A DNA stretch of 64,000 bases from Eledone cirrhosa (Eukaryota), in NCBI GenBank assembly GCA_964016885.1, contig OZ024742.1, positions 149,172,001 to 149,236,000 on the forward strand, written 5' to 3'. Of this stretch, positions 1 to 12,300 are shown one piece after another. Each line of letters begins with the position of its first letter. Within the stretch, counting starts at the first letter, position 1. The notes under the pieces are model-generated. The model did not search any database, was not told the origin of the DNA, and saw nothing but the letters and a program-made list of their open reading frames with translations. A program made the position numbers and the translations under genes.

Positions 1-208
1 TCACTTTCACCCTCTTTCTTTCACCCTCTATCCTTCTCTGGAAGAAATCTGCTGTGTTCAGATCTGGAGATGAGATGAACTCCACCAGGTTTAAAATTCC
101 CAAGAAACTTCATCAGGAGTTTTGGGTAAAAAAAAAAAATGATTATAAATCTTATGTTGAAATTTTTTATATATGTTAAGTTTTACTCTCTTTTATTCTT
201 GTTTTCAG

Positions 209-305
209 ATTTGATATCAATATTGCCAGTAAGGTACTTGCTAAAAAGTTCAATGATATCTGGTATAAAGGACTTGTTCATGATGTGAGCTATAAAGAAA
301 AATCA
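209..305 (+). CDS. SETDB1: SETDB1 exon (Tudor 1): [32 protein letters not shown]
   Basis: ttttcag acceptor, gtaagt donor, 3' phase 0. Confidence 0.88.
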
Positions 306-3300
306 GTAAGTAAAATGTGTTAAAAGAATTTTCAGTTATGAACAGATTGCCTTTTTATCTAAAGAAACATTGTTAGAGGTCTTTGTGTGTGTGTGTGTGG
401 ACATGTTAACATGGTTTTCAGTATTTCTGAGTTAGATGGTGCTGCAATGTTAGGCTTTTCTTTGAATTGTTTTATTGTTGGGTACCTTTCAACTTTGAAG
501 TATAAGGATGATTATTGTGCAGCTAATTAGATTGAGCTAAGTGTAAGATCTGTTTTACCTGTACACATAACACTTATTGACTACAGCAAAGTTTTAATTT
601 ATCATCTTGCAGTTATCAGCAAAGGTCTTTTAATGTTGTACACAATTCTTTGGATTACTATTTTAGTCTTATTAGGAGGTCTATATTTGGATGCTGGAAT
701 GTCATTGGAATTGTGCATTAACATTTTAGTCTTCACTTTTAACTGGCTATTGATATGGATATTAGTGGGCCCAAACTATTTATTTGTCTATTGATATTGG
801 CTGACTATTGTTATCCTGTTTAGAATAGGTACACTTTATTCCTGTGTGTTGTAAAAGATGACTAAAAGAGATGGTGCCAGGAAGAGTGTCTGGTTGTAAA
901 ACATTGCTTCAAAAAAGACTATGATGAACATGAAGCCTTTTATAGAATCCACATGGTTAATCCTTGCTTTAGCAGGGTAAAATGGCCTTTAAGGATTTCA
1001 GTCTTTTGCAGTAGATGTAATTGCAGTTTTCAATTGAAAATGTATTGTTCACTTGCAAGTAATGGTTAAAATTCTACTGTAGAACATAAAATCATTTTCT
1101 ATTGATAAGGAATATAACAATAGAAAATGATTTTATGTCTTGTACTTATCAGAATTCTGTTTGTTAATCAGCTCATTTGATCATGTGTATCTGGTTTAGA
1201 ATAGGTACACCATATCTCTGTATGTCATAAAAAGTGATTAAAAAGGTTGGTTTCTGGAAGGGCATCTAGCTGTAAAACATTGCCTTAGAAAGTCCAACCT
1301 ATGCCTGCATAGAAAAGTTGATGTAAAAATGATGATGTGATGATAATTATCGGTTTTGCCAGTCTAACATCCAATGAGGGTTAGTTTTTACATAGCCATA
1401 TGTCTCTAACTTTTGTCATTTTGGCAATGAAATTTAACTATGATCTACTCAGCTCTATATCTCTGTTACTATCTACTTTATAACATTTGATATTCTTGTA
1501 TGCTAAGCCTGTTTTATTTGTGATGGAATATTGATTTCTAATTTAGGTACAAGGCCAACAAATTTGGGGGAAAGGTAAAGTTGATTGAATCAACCCTAGT
1601 ACTTGATTAGTACTTTATTTTATCAACCCCGGAAAGTTGAAAAGCAAAGTTGACTTTGGTGGGATTTGAACTCAGAATGCAAACAGCCAGAACAAATGCT
1701 GCAATGACATTGTATCCAATGCTTTACCAACTCCGCCAATCCTCATGTGGTGGAATATTAGAACAAAAATGGGGTAGTGGTGGTGGTAAACAACTCAGAA
1801 ACAAAAAAACTAATAATTTTAGTGTTTTCTTTTATTTTCAGAAAAAATTTAAAATAAAATTTGATGGGAAAGGCACTAAAATTCTTGGTGCTAAACATGT
1901 TGCCTTTTTTGAGAACTGGAACATTCCAATTAAAGTTGGCAGCAGAGTAGTCGGTAAGTACATTTCATGGACTTTGTAATAAAATTTTGATTTATTGGTG
2001 GTAATTGTAACTTTTTTAGACAAATTATGACTGAAAGCACTGCATCCTTGGTAAAATAATCATACTAATATAGTTGACCAGTTTATTGTAATTATTGGTT
2101 CTATGGGGCGGTATAGGCAGTCAAGGGCATTGTGTATTTCATGAGTGTTTTGTAAGCTTAAAATATTGAGCATAAATTCTCCCATAGATTATTATAAGAA
2201 ACCCAGTATGGTCATATTTTCTCTGATCTTTTGTTTCAATAAATCAATAGTTATTAATCTATGTAGTTTAAATATTTTAATATCTCTTTGCTCTTTCTCT
2301 CTATGCTAGTCTTAAATTCAAATTCCCCGTTTGTTTCTTTCGGATTTTCAATTAATATTTACATGTTTTTAAATGATTTGTCTCATTCTGTTGGACCCTT
2401 CCTAAATCAAATCCTTCTCCTAAAGTTACCCATTTCCGCCCTCCCACACACCACTATTGCTAATGGTCCAATCATAACTCAGCGGCTTTAGTAAGTTCCC
2501 TAATAAATCAGTATAGCAAAGCTACCGTCCCGGTTACTACTCCTTAAGTTTAGACCTGTTTGATGGGTTGACTGCGGAGATTTGGAAAGTCTAAGCATTC
2601 AATGACGATGTCACAGATAAAGATAAATTCCTGCTGCAGGACGAAAATACAAAGACCCCTCTCTATTTCAGACACAAATGACTAACATAATTCCGTCTCC
2701 CACACCCCTCCCTGCCCCTCTAACCCATCCATCCCACCCTCCCAACTTCAGAGTTGGTACCATGAACGTAGGAACATTAAAAGGTCGCTCAAATGAGGTA
2801 GAGATGCTTGAACGTAAAAAAGTTGATGTTTGTTGTATTCAAGAGACTAGGTGGAGAGGGGGGGGGGGTCTGCCAGATTCATCGTGGGTAAAAAACGATG
2901 CTATAAACTTTTCTGGGTGGGAAACGACAACGGACTGGGTGGTGTAGGAATTATGTTAGCTGAAAAATGGGTAGATAAGGTAATCGACGTAAATAGAGTA
3001 AATAACAGAATAGTTAAAATAAGGCTAGTTCTAAATAAAACTACTGTGACAATAATATCTGCTTATGCACCCCAATCTGGTCTACTTGACGTTATAAAGG
3101 ACAGGTTCTAGGAGACGCTAATGCAGACTACCTCCCAATTAACCGACAGCGACTACCTAATTATTGCTGGCGATCTAAACGGCTACATTGGACAACATAG
3201 TGATGGCTATGATGGAATCCATGGAGGCTATGGGGTTGGAAATAGAAATGAGGAAGGCTTCAGAATCCTGGAATTCTGTGACGCCAATAACCTAACTATC

Positions 3301-6300
3301 TGTAACACAAACTTCAAAAAACGTGAAAACCACTTGATCACCTATAGATCAGGGGAACAAGCCAGCCAGATAGATTATATCCTTACTAGAAGATGGGACA
3401 AAGTGTATGTTGTAAACACTAAATCCCTCCTCCGTGAAGAATGCACCTCTCAACATAGCCTAGTAGTTAGTGACCTCACAGTCAGAAATAGACGTACTTG
3501 ACGACAGAGGAGGCCTACCTTGAGGAGAAGAATATGGAAGTTGAAGGACCCCATAGCCAGTGACAAATTTAAAAGCTTATTACTTGATGCCTTTGACAAT
3601 AAGGAAGAGCAATTAGAGATGTGCGATATAGAGGAACAGTGGCAATTCTTGAAAGTGAACCTGCTGAAAGCAACGGATGAAATCTGTGGCTGGAGCAGAC
3701 CTATTGGCAGGAGGAGAGTAACTTAGTGGTGGAACAGTAAGGTAGAAGAGACAATCAAGGCCAAAAAGCAGGCTTGGAAAGTATGGCAGGATGGGGGAAG
3801 TAGAGAGCACTATCAAGTGGCCAAGAGAAAAGCTAGGAGACAAGTGTACTTTGCAAAAAGGGAAGCAGAGGATAGAAAGTTCAAGTATGTTCTACAACGT
3901 GAGGACCAAAAACGCGAGGTGTTCAGGATTGCTAGACAATGTGTCAAGGAAAACCATGATATTGTCGGGGAGAAGTGTGTCCGTAATGATAACGGTGTAC
4001 TTGCCCTCACTGATGCTGATAAGAAGATAGCCTGAAAGTGTCACTACGAGAGACTATTAAATGAGGAGAATAAGTGGGAAAAAGATAGTCTGCCCCAAAT
4101 CGATCCAATAGAAGGACCAGCGGTGCAAGTTAAAGGTAGTATAATAAGTAAGGCAATCAAAGATATGAAGACAGGCAAGGCAGCTGGGCCTTCGGAGATA
4201 GTTGCTGAGATATTGAAGGCATCTGGAATGGTGGGACATACTATGGTCACCCGTATAGTTAACCAAGTAATACAGAATGGGGTCATACCAAAAGACTGGT
4301 GTAGCAGCATCATCATTAACTGCTACAAGGGTAAAGGAGAGGCTCTAGATAGAGGAAACTATAGAGGCATTAAGTTAGTTGACCAGGTCATGAAGGTCAC
4401 AGAAAGAGTTATAGCGCAACTAATCAGAGAGCGAATTGATCTAGATGAAATGCAGTTTGGGTTTGTGTCAGGTAAAAGTACCACAGATGCTCTTTTCCTT
4501 GTACGACAACTACAAGAGAAGTACCTAGCTAAAAGTAAACCCCTCTACTTAGCTTTTGTAGACCTGGAATAAGCCTTTGACAGAGTCCCCCGCTCCATTA
4601 TCTGGTGGGCTCTTAGAAAACTAGGTGTTGATGAATGGCTTGTGAGAGCTATACAAGCTATGTATAATGAAACAGTCAGTCAGGATAGAATTAACAATGA
4701 ATATTTTGAAGAATTTAGCGTAAAAGTCGGTGTTCACCAAGGCTCTGTCCTTAGCCCGCTACTATTTATTATTGCCCTTCAGGCTATAACAGAAGAGTTC
4801 AAGACCGGCTGCCCATGGGAACTCCTATATGCAGATGATCTAACGCTCATAGCTGAATCAATGGCTGAACTAGAAAAGAAATTCCAAACATGGAAGCATG
4901 GCCTAGAATCAAAAGGCCTTAAAGTTAACTTGTCTAAGACTAAAGTCCTAGTTTGTAGAAAGGAAAATAAGGCACAGGTACCCTCAGGGAAAGGGCCTTG
5001 CTCAGTGTGTAGGAAAGGAGTAGGCAGAAATTCCATTTTATGTCCCAAATGCAAAGTATGGGTACATAAAAGGTGTAGTCGGATCACAGGTAGACTATCT
5101 AAGAACATAGACTTTATATGTGGCCAATGCTCAGGTGCAATAGGTAGCAAGTGTCCACAGGATACTAGCCCCTTCTATTGCCCAGATGGTTCTATAGAAA
5201 TAGTAGACACTTTCCGTTACCTGGGTGACGAAATCAGCAGTAGTGGAGGGTGCTCTGAAAGTACAGTAGCCAGAGTCAGAATGGGATGGAAAAAGTTCAG
5301 AGAGCTTATACCGCTGTTGACCACAAAAGGTTTCTCTCTAAAAATGAAAGGCAGATTGTATGATGCTTGTATACGAAGAGCAATGCTACATGGCAGTGTG
5401 ATATGGGCATTGCGTGCAGAGGATCTGCGCAGACTGGAAAGGAACGAAGCATGCATGCTCCATTGGATGTGTAATAGTAATATACGTGAATGGCAAAGCA
5501 TAAATGAACTAAGTGAGAAATTAGGAATAAGAGGGATCAGATGCTGTTTACTCGAGAGAAGACTACGTTGGTATGGCCACGTGATGCGCATGAAAGACGA
5601 CAGCTGTATAATATAGTGCAGGGCGATCAAAATTGATGGTAGTTACGAAGTAGGTAGACCCATAAAAACCTGGGACGATCTGATAAATTCCGACCTTACA
5701 CACTTGCACCTCTCTAAGACAATGTCACTGGACCGAGATCTTTGGCGCTATGCAGTAATACAGAAGACCCGCCTTGCCTATGTACAAAGTGAAACCTACA
5801 GTCAGTAGGCACCTCTTAACCAAACATACACCCTAATCCACTACCCCTAGCCTATCCTCCCACTCACACCAACACCACCCTCTCTCTATAAAGTTGGTAC
5901 CACAACATCCAGTCCAAATAAATGAAATAAATGAGATCGAGATCGTGTAGGTGTCACGAGAAAAAAAACAGTCCACGCTGTAATGTGGCCGTGTAGGTAA
6001 CACGGTAAAAAGTTCCCAGTTCCACACTGTAAATGTGGTTGGTGTTAGGAAGGGCATCCAGCCGTAGAAAACCTGCCAGACAGTCCTATATGAGCGAGAC
6101 ACGGTCACCCGACCAACCTTGCCTCAAGTGGGACAACTCCCGTCTAACCCATGCTAGCGTGGAAAATGGACGTTAAACGATGATGATGATGATGATGATG
6201 ATGATGCATTAACCATCTAGAAATGTCTAGAGAATCTACTTTGTGCAGGCACTTATTATTTTAGGTCATTTTTTTTTTGGTTTGGTTTCTTCCTCTTGTA

Positions 6301-9300
6301 TTTTGAGAATATGCTTGAAAAACATATTGTAGGGCGGCATTATAGTTGCCGTTTGAGCTTTCAGGAATTTAGCTATTCACAAATACACTACATTTACTTT
6401 AACCACTATTATCTACTCCTTTTGTATTGCTTGCAATATTACTTCTTCTCCCAAATTGCCTTTGATTTAAACCTGCCATCTATCTTCTTTATCTCCATTT
6501 CTGCTTTGTCCTGCATTACTAACAATTTGATTACTCTACAACCATGTAATATGTAGACTGCATATTGGTAGAATTGTTAGAGCACTGGACGAAATTTCTT
6601 GTGGTATTTATTTCAGCTTCTTGCATTCATCATCATTACAGTTTAATATCTATTTCCCATGCTTGCATACATTAGACAAGTTGTCATGTGCTGAGACCAG
6701 ATTGGTCAGATGTCCATGCCATATTTGTATGCACCATTTTTGCTTGGTTTTTATAGCTGGATGTGCTTCCTAATGCCAACCACATTACAGCAAGTACTAA
6801 GAGCATAATTTCTATGGCTGGATGCCCTTCCTAACACCAACCATTTTATAGTGTATGCTGAGAGTATTTTATCATGACTCTGGTACTACCACCTTTCACG
6901 GTGAACTAGGTGCTTTTCATTGTAGCACCAATACTTCCATATTACAGCACTAGGAATCTCAGTGTCCTTGGTCTGGCTAGGGAGCCATTGATGAATGGTT
7001 GAGGGTGTATAAATGAGAGGGGTGCATGATATTTGGTAGTAGCTGGGGTGGGAAAGAGTTAAAATTCTTCTGGGGTTGATAAATACAGTAATAGTCTAAG
7101 TTGGGTGACTGGTGGGATCAGTAGACCACCTCACAGGATGTCTTTATTCTAATACTGGGTTCAAATTCTTACATGGTAGACTTAATTTGCTGCACCATTT
7201 AATATTACTGTCTGGATACCATTTGTCTATTTTTTAACTTCCAACATGCATCAATGTAATGGAAAATTGGCAGAATGGTTAAAGCATGGAAAAAATGCCA
7301 TAAGGTGGTTCTTTACGTTCTGAATTCATGTCCGATTGAGGTTAACTTCACCTTTAATATTTTCAGCATTTATGTAATTGCCTTTGATTTAAACCTGCCA
7401 TCTATCTCCTTTGTCTCCATTTCTGTTTTGTCCTGCATTACTAACAATTTGATTACTCTACTCACTCTGAGCAAAATAATTCTACAGTTATCTCACTAGC
7501 ATTATGGAACTGATAGTACCTCTTGCTGGCATAAAGCCAAACTGCATCTCATGAAGGCTAATTCTGTTCCTAATTAGTTGAGTTATTACTCTTTCAATAA
7601 GATCAAATGTGTCCTTATCATTCTGTACACACTTCTCTGACACAATGTCTTTTGTACTCTGCCTTTCAATCTGGAACAACTCAGGCTTCTCATTCCTAAA
7701 TCATAGAACATTGGCAAATCTCTTACTTTCTGTTTTTCTCCTTGCTAAGTATACTTGATGTGTAGCTTCTTTTCTTGCTACCTGATATTTGCTGATGCTC
7801 CATATATTCAATCTTTCCAAGTCTTCTCTATATTTACTATTATATTTTCATAGTAAAGGCTTTACCTCACATTATCTTATAATATTGAATTTATGAGATT
7901 TTGATATTTATTTTGAGAACAATACCTTTAACATCGGTATGAGCAGCTGGTTATGACTGATTTGAACAGAAAAAGGTGAGAGAATTCTGGCTGGATATGG
8001 CCAGTTTAAATGCTAAAGGGTTAAACCTTTAAGTCATGTGTCAGATGCCAACTTAATAATCAGAAAGTTAGTTATTTTAGTAAATTCCTTCAATTTATTA
8101 TTTTCAAAATTAATTGAAACACACATGCAATATATTTCATTAGGAATATAGTCATAGATGGTTAAGCTCATAATATCTGTTTGATCACAATTTATTACAA
8201 GCTGAATCCTGTTCAAAGAATTTGCTAATTTTTATTAGGTAATTTAAGAATGTTCCTGTATTTGCATGTTCTATGTCTGTAACCATTTCTCTTCAACAGT
8301 ATTAGAGTTCCTGATATTTCAATGTTTCTGTGATTGTGTTGTTTAACAGTTTTATTTTTATTTTGGGAATGATATAATCATAGGTTTTCAATGGATCGGT
8401 CACTGGTTTATTGCATTTCTAATGGTGAGAATAACAAAGGAGTAACATAGGCAGAGTTAATAGCACAAGGGGTTTTTAGCAACAGTTTCTTACTGATGTG
8501 TATATCATTCACTGATGAACATGCTTACTCGCTTATGGTTCATTGAATCCAATAATTAAGTAAATCATTCTCTTTGTATTTGAAAAGAGATGCTTAAGAA
8601 AAGAATAAATATATGTTGCATATTTGTTAGAAGTTACCTTGCTAGTTTAAAACTTCAGCTATGTATGTTCTGCTAGTTTGTAACCCTTTTCTTACTATAT
8701 TTCTGATGAAATAGATTATATTTGAATTAGTTAATGAAGAGTATGGAAGGATTTGCTAAAATTATTATTTCATTATAAAATTATAAAGATGGTATTTGTA
8801 ACAACTTTACAGAAGGTTCTTATATCAAATCATGTTGGAAGATTATCATTACACGCATGACATAAAGCTTATCGCCCTTCTTAACCCCCCCCCCCCCCTC
8901 CCCTACTTGTAGAGTAGGGAGGGCTCTGCAATTGAGTCAATGACCAAAACCTCCCTAGTCCTGGTGCCACGAGAAATACACACAGTGCACCTTGTAAGGT
9001 AGTTGGTGATAGGAGGGCATCCTGCTGTTGAAACCATGCCAAAAAGAGTTGAGAGGACTTTTCTGTTGTATCAAGGGTGTGGCACCCTCTATAGTACTGG
9101 TGACCTACATGATAAATATACCCAGTACACTCTGTAAAGTGTTTGGTGATAGGAAGGGCATCTAGCCATAGAAAACGTGTCAAACAAAGAGTCGGAAGGA
9201 CTCTTCAGCCGTGTCAATGACATAATCTCTCTAGTGCTGGTGCCACAGTAAAATGCACTTGGTAGAGTGTGGGAACATTTTGTAAGCAAAATGTCAGTCC

Positions 9301-12300
9301 TCTACCTACCCGAGCACTCAGTAGAGTGTAGGAACATAAGTAAGATGTAGTTCCCTGCCCTATATAAGAGGTCAGTAGCTTTACTTGAGTACTGAGTCAG
9401 TTTGTCACTACCTGTCCAACTCTTGCAGGGAAAATGATGATGATAATAGCAACCTTTTAAAATGGATGGTTTTGTTTCCTAGAACCTGAAGAGGATCAGC
9501 AGGATGCCCTCCTATCAAGAGGGTTAGATTAGACAAAACTGTCAATTCATTCATTATTGTAGATTGTTTACTTTGCTTACCTGCCTTCTAATATATTGCT
9601 ATGTTTTCACCAATAGGCATCCAGCCACTGTATCTTGTCTTAACCCTTTTGATACTAACCTGCACAAAATGTCATCTGGTTTTGTGAATCAAAACTATCC
9701 ATTTTAACTCTGAAACCACCCCTTATTCTACAATGCAAAACTTTTTATCTTAAAGTGCTTAGATTTATCTAAAGAATTTCTATCGCAATTTTATGTAAGA
9801 AATTTTGTTAACTATCCTAAGCATCAGTTTGATGAAAAAGTAACTTGTATTACTAAATCCTTCCAAATTCTTCATTATTTTCAAAATGATTTGAGTATCA
9901 TAAGCAGTGTCTTATATTTGAAATATGATAATGAAAGGATTGAAAGATTTCTATTTAATTTAAAATCTTCCAACATAATTTGATATAATATTTTTGTTAA
10001 GTTATGTGTGCTATAAATACCATCTCAATAATGAAATAATGAAAATTCCTCCAAATTCTTCAATAATACACACAGACACAAACACACAGCTACAGACACA
10101 CACACACACACTAGTGTTTGGCTTACTTAATAAGTGTAAGACCATGTATTACAAAAAATGGGAAGGGGGAAGAAAAAATATGATGGTGGTGGGATGATAA
10201 AGAAGAAAAACAGGAGGGGAAAGAAGATCCTCATATACACATCACAAGGGGCACTGAAACCTCCCTCTAATGATTTTCATTAATTAATTCAAATACAATG
10301 TAGTTTATTAGCTATATGGTCATGAAAGGATTAATCTAGTTGTGTAACACTACACTAATATAATTAGCTGAAATAGATTTTAAGAATTGCTTTTACCTTG
10401 TTTTAATATGTTTGCTGTTTTTTTATGTTTTTTTATTTGCACAATTTGTTTCATGAATGTATTTTATTTTTTGTTTTGTCTGTTAAATTCCCCAATTTGT
10501 TTTCTTCCTATTGTTTGCATATCTCCCTGAAATATACCCAAACTTAAAACCCAGAACACTAAACTTTTTTTTTTGTTGCTTATAATATTTAAATTATTTC
10601 CCTTTCTTTCTATTCTGTTATAGGAAGCAAAAGTTGTAAGTTTTTAGGTTTTATTTCTTCGAATTCTTGGAAATCCTTCTGTTCTCTAATATTTTTTTTT
10701 TTTAAATTTTATCATTCTTGGACCTTAAGACCCCATCACATTTTCTTTTTTTCTCTTCATTTTTCAATAATCATTTCCTTTAGTATATCAGCAGGTATAT
10801 TGTGTATCAGTATAAATCTAGTTAAATATATAATTTATCTTAATTAAACGTGTAATTAGAATTGACTTTAATTAAATATGTAATTCATGTTATTAGAATT
10901 GACTTTTTAAATTGATTTGTCCCTAACTTATTTTAAAGAAAGAAAGTGAATTTAAATCAGTGCTTTATCAAGTTTCTGTTAGCTTGAATCAAATAACCAT
11001 GGTAACTCATCATCATTCCCATCATCAGTATTATTATGTCCACTTTCTCATGATGGCATGGGCTGGATAAAAACTTTTGAGGCAGTATTCTATGGTTAGA
11101 TTCCTTTCCTTTTTTAAGTGTGGTGTTTGTTTTACTGAATGTTGTACATTAAGCTGCTGAGCTGTGAAACATATTGTTTTGTAGGACATAAACAAACAGC
11201 ACCATCTCCTGAGAGGTGTCAGTGGGAAAACATACAATTACTACATTATTATAATACTGTTGACAACTGAAATTAGTTGTGATCTATACCGCTTAACAAG
11301 GGTTGTATTTTTGAGCAGTTCGATTTTAAGTATTCAATTTTGCTGTCAAACATATAATGTTATTGAAGTTTAGTTGAATTTAAAATTTGTCCCAAAGTCT
11401 AGAGGCTCATCAAACAGGTACTTATCCTAATTTCATTGGTGTTAAGCAACTAAGAGTACAAGACTTTTCCCGAGATGGGATGCCAGTTCCTTGTAGGGTT
11501 AATGTCTAGCTACTGCTGCTCTAATCTGTTCAGCTGAGTTGGTTGGAGCAATATGAAATGAATTATCTTGTTCAACAACACAACCAGCCACTCTGGGAAT
11601 TGATCTTATGACCATGAGCTCAACAGCTTAACCACTCGATTGTGCACCTTCAATGTTATAAACCAGAACACTAAAAGGTTAACCACTCGATTGTGCACCT
11701 TCAATGTTATAAACCAGAACACTAAAAGGTTAAACTAGCAATCATATTTATTTTGTCACTCATTTCCAGAAAATTAGTGATATTAAATTGAAAACAAGAT
11801 GTGTAACCATGGTAGGTCTCGCTTTGGGATCCATCTGGATCATTTGGAGGCAGTTGTTTCTGATAGGACTCTCTGGAAGAAGTGTCTGAGGGCTCTGCCT
11901 CCATGACCATTTCAGGAATAAGTGGATAAAGAAGATGTGTAAGGTTAAGTGTGTCTTATAAATTTATATGTATATAAAAAAAAATGATTTTCGAGTTAAA
12001 GTAGAATTTGCTGAACATTATTGATTTTTGTCTGCTTTTCCCAAGCTTTCATGGGTTAAACAAGACATTTTTGGCCATTTTTGTTCCTGGTCAGATGCCC
12101 TTTCTGATACCAACCCATACTTTATTTCTAAATATGATATATACTGCTGATGTTTGTTGAATCACTTCACTGTGGGATGTGTTGTTTGTGATGAACATCA
12201 TCAAGTGTTACCACTTGCTTTTTACACAATGAAATGATGACATTTATCTACCAAATCCATTCACAAGGCATAAGTTGACTCAAAGTTATAGTAGAAGACA

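Noticed and set aside
4044-5630. Minus-strand ORFs over the LINE (and 58232-59768 over the second LINE)
   Set aside because: Antisense shadows of RT coding sequence with no independent motifs.
2678-5808. RTE ORF as an active or domesticated gene
   Set aside because: One frameshift and six in-frame stops; this copy is dead. No target-site duplication was identified.
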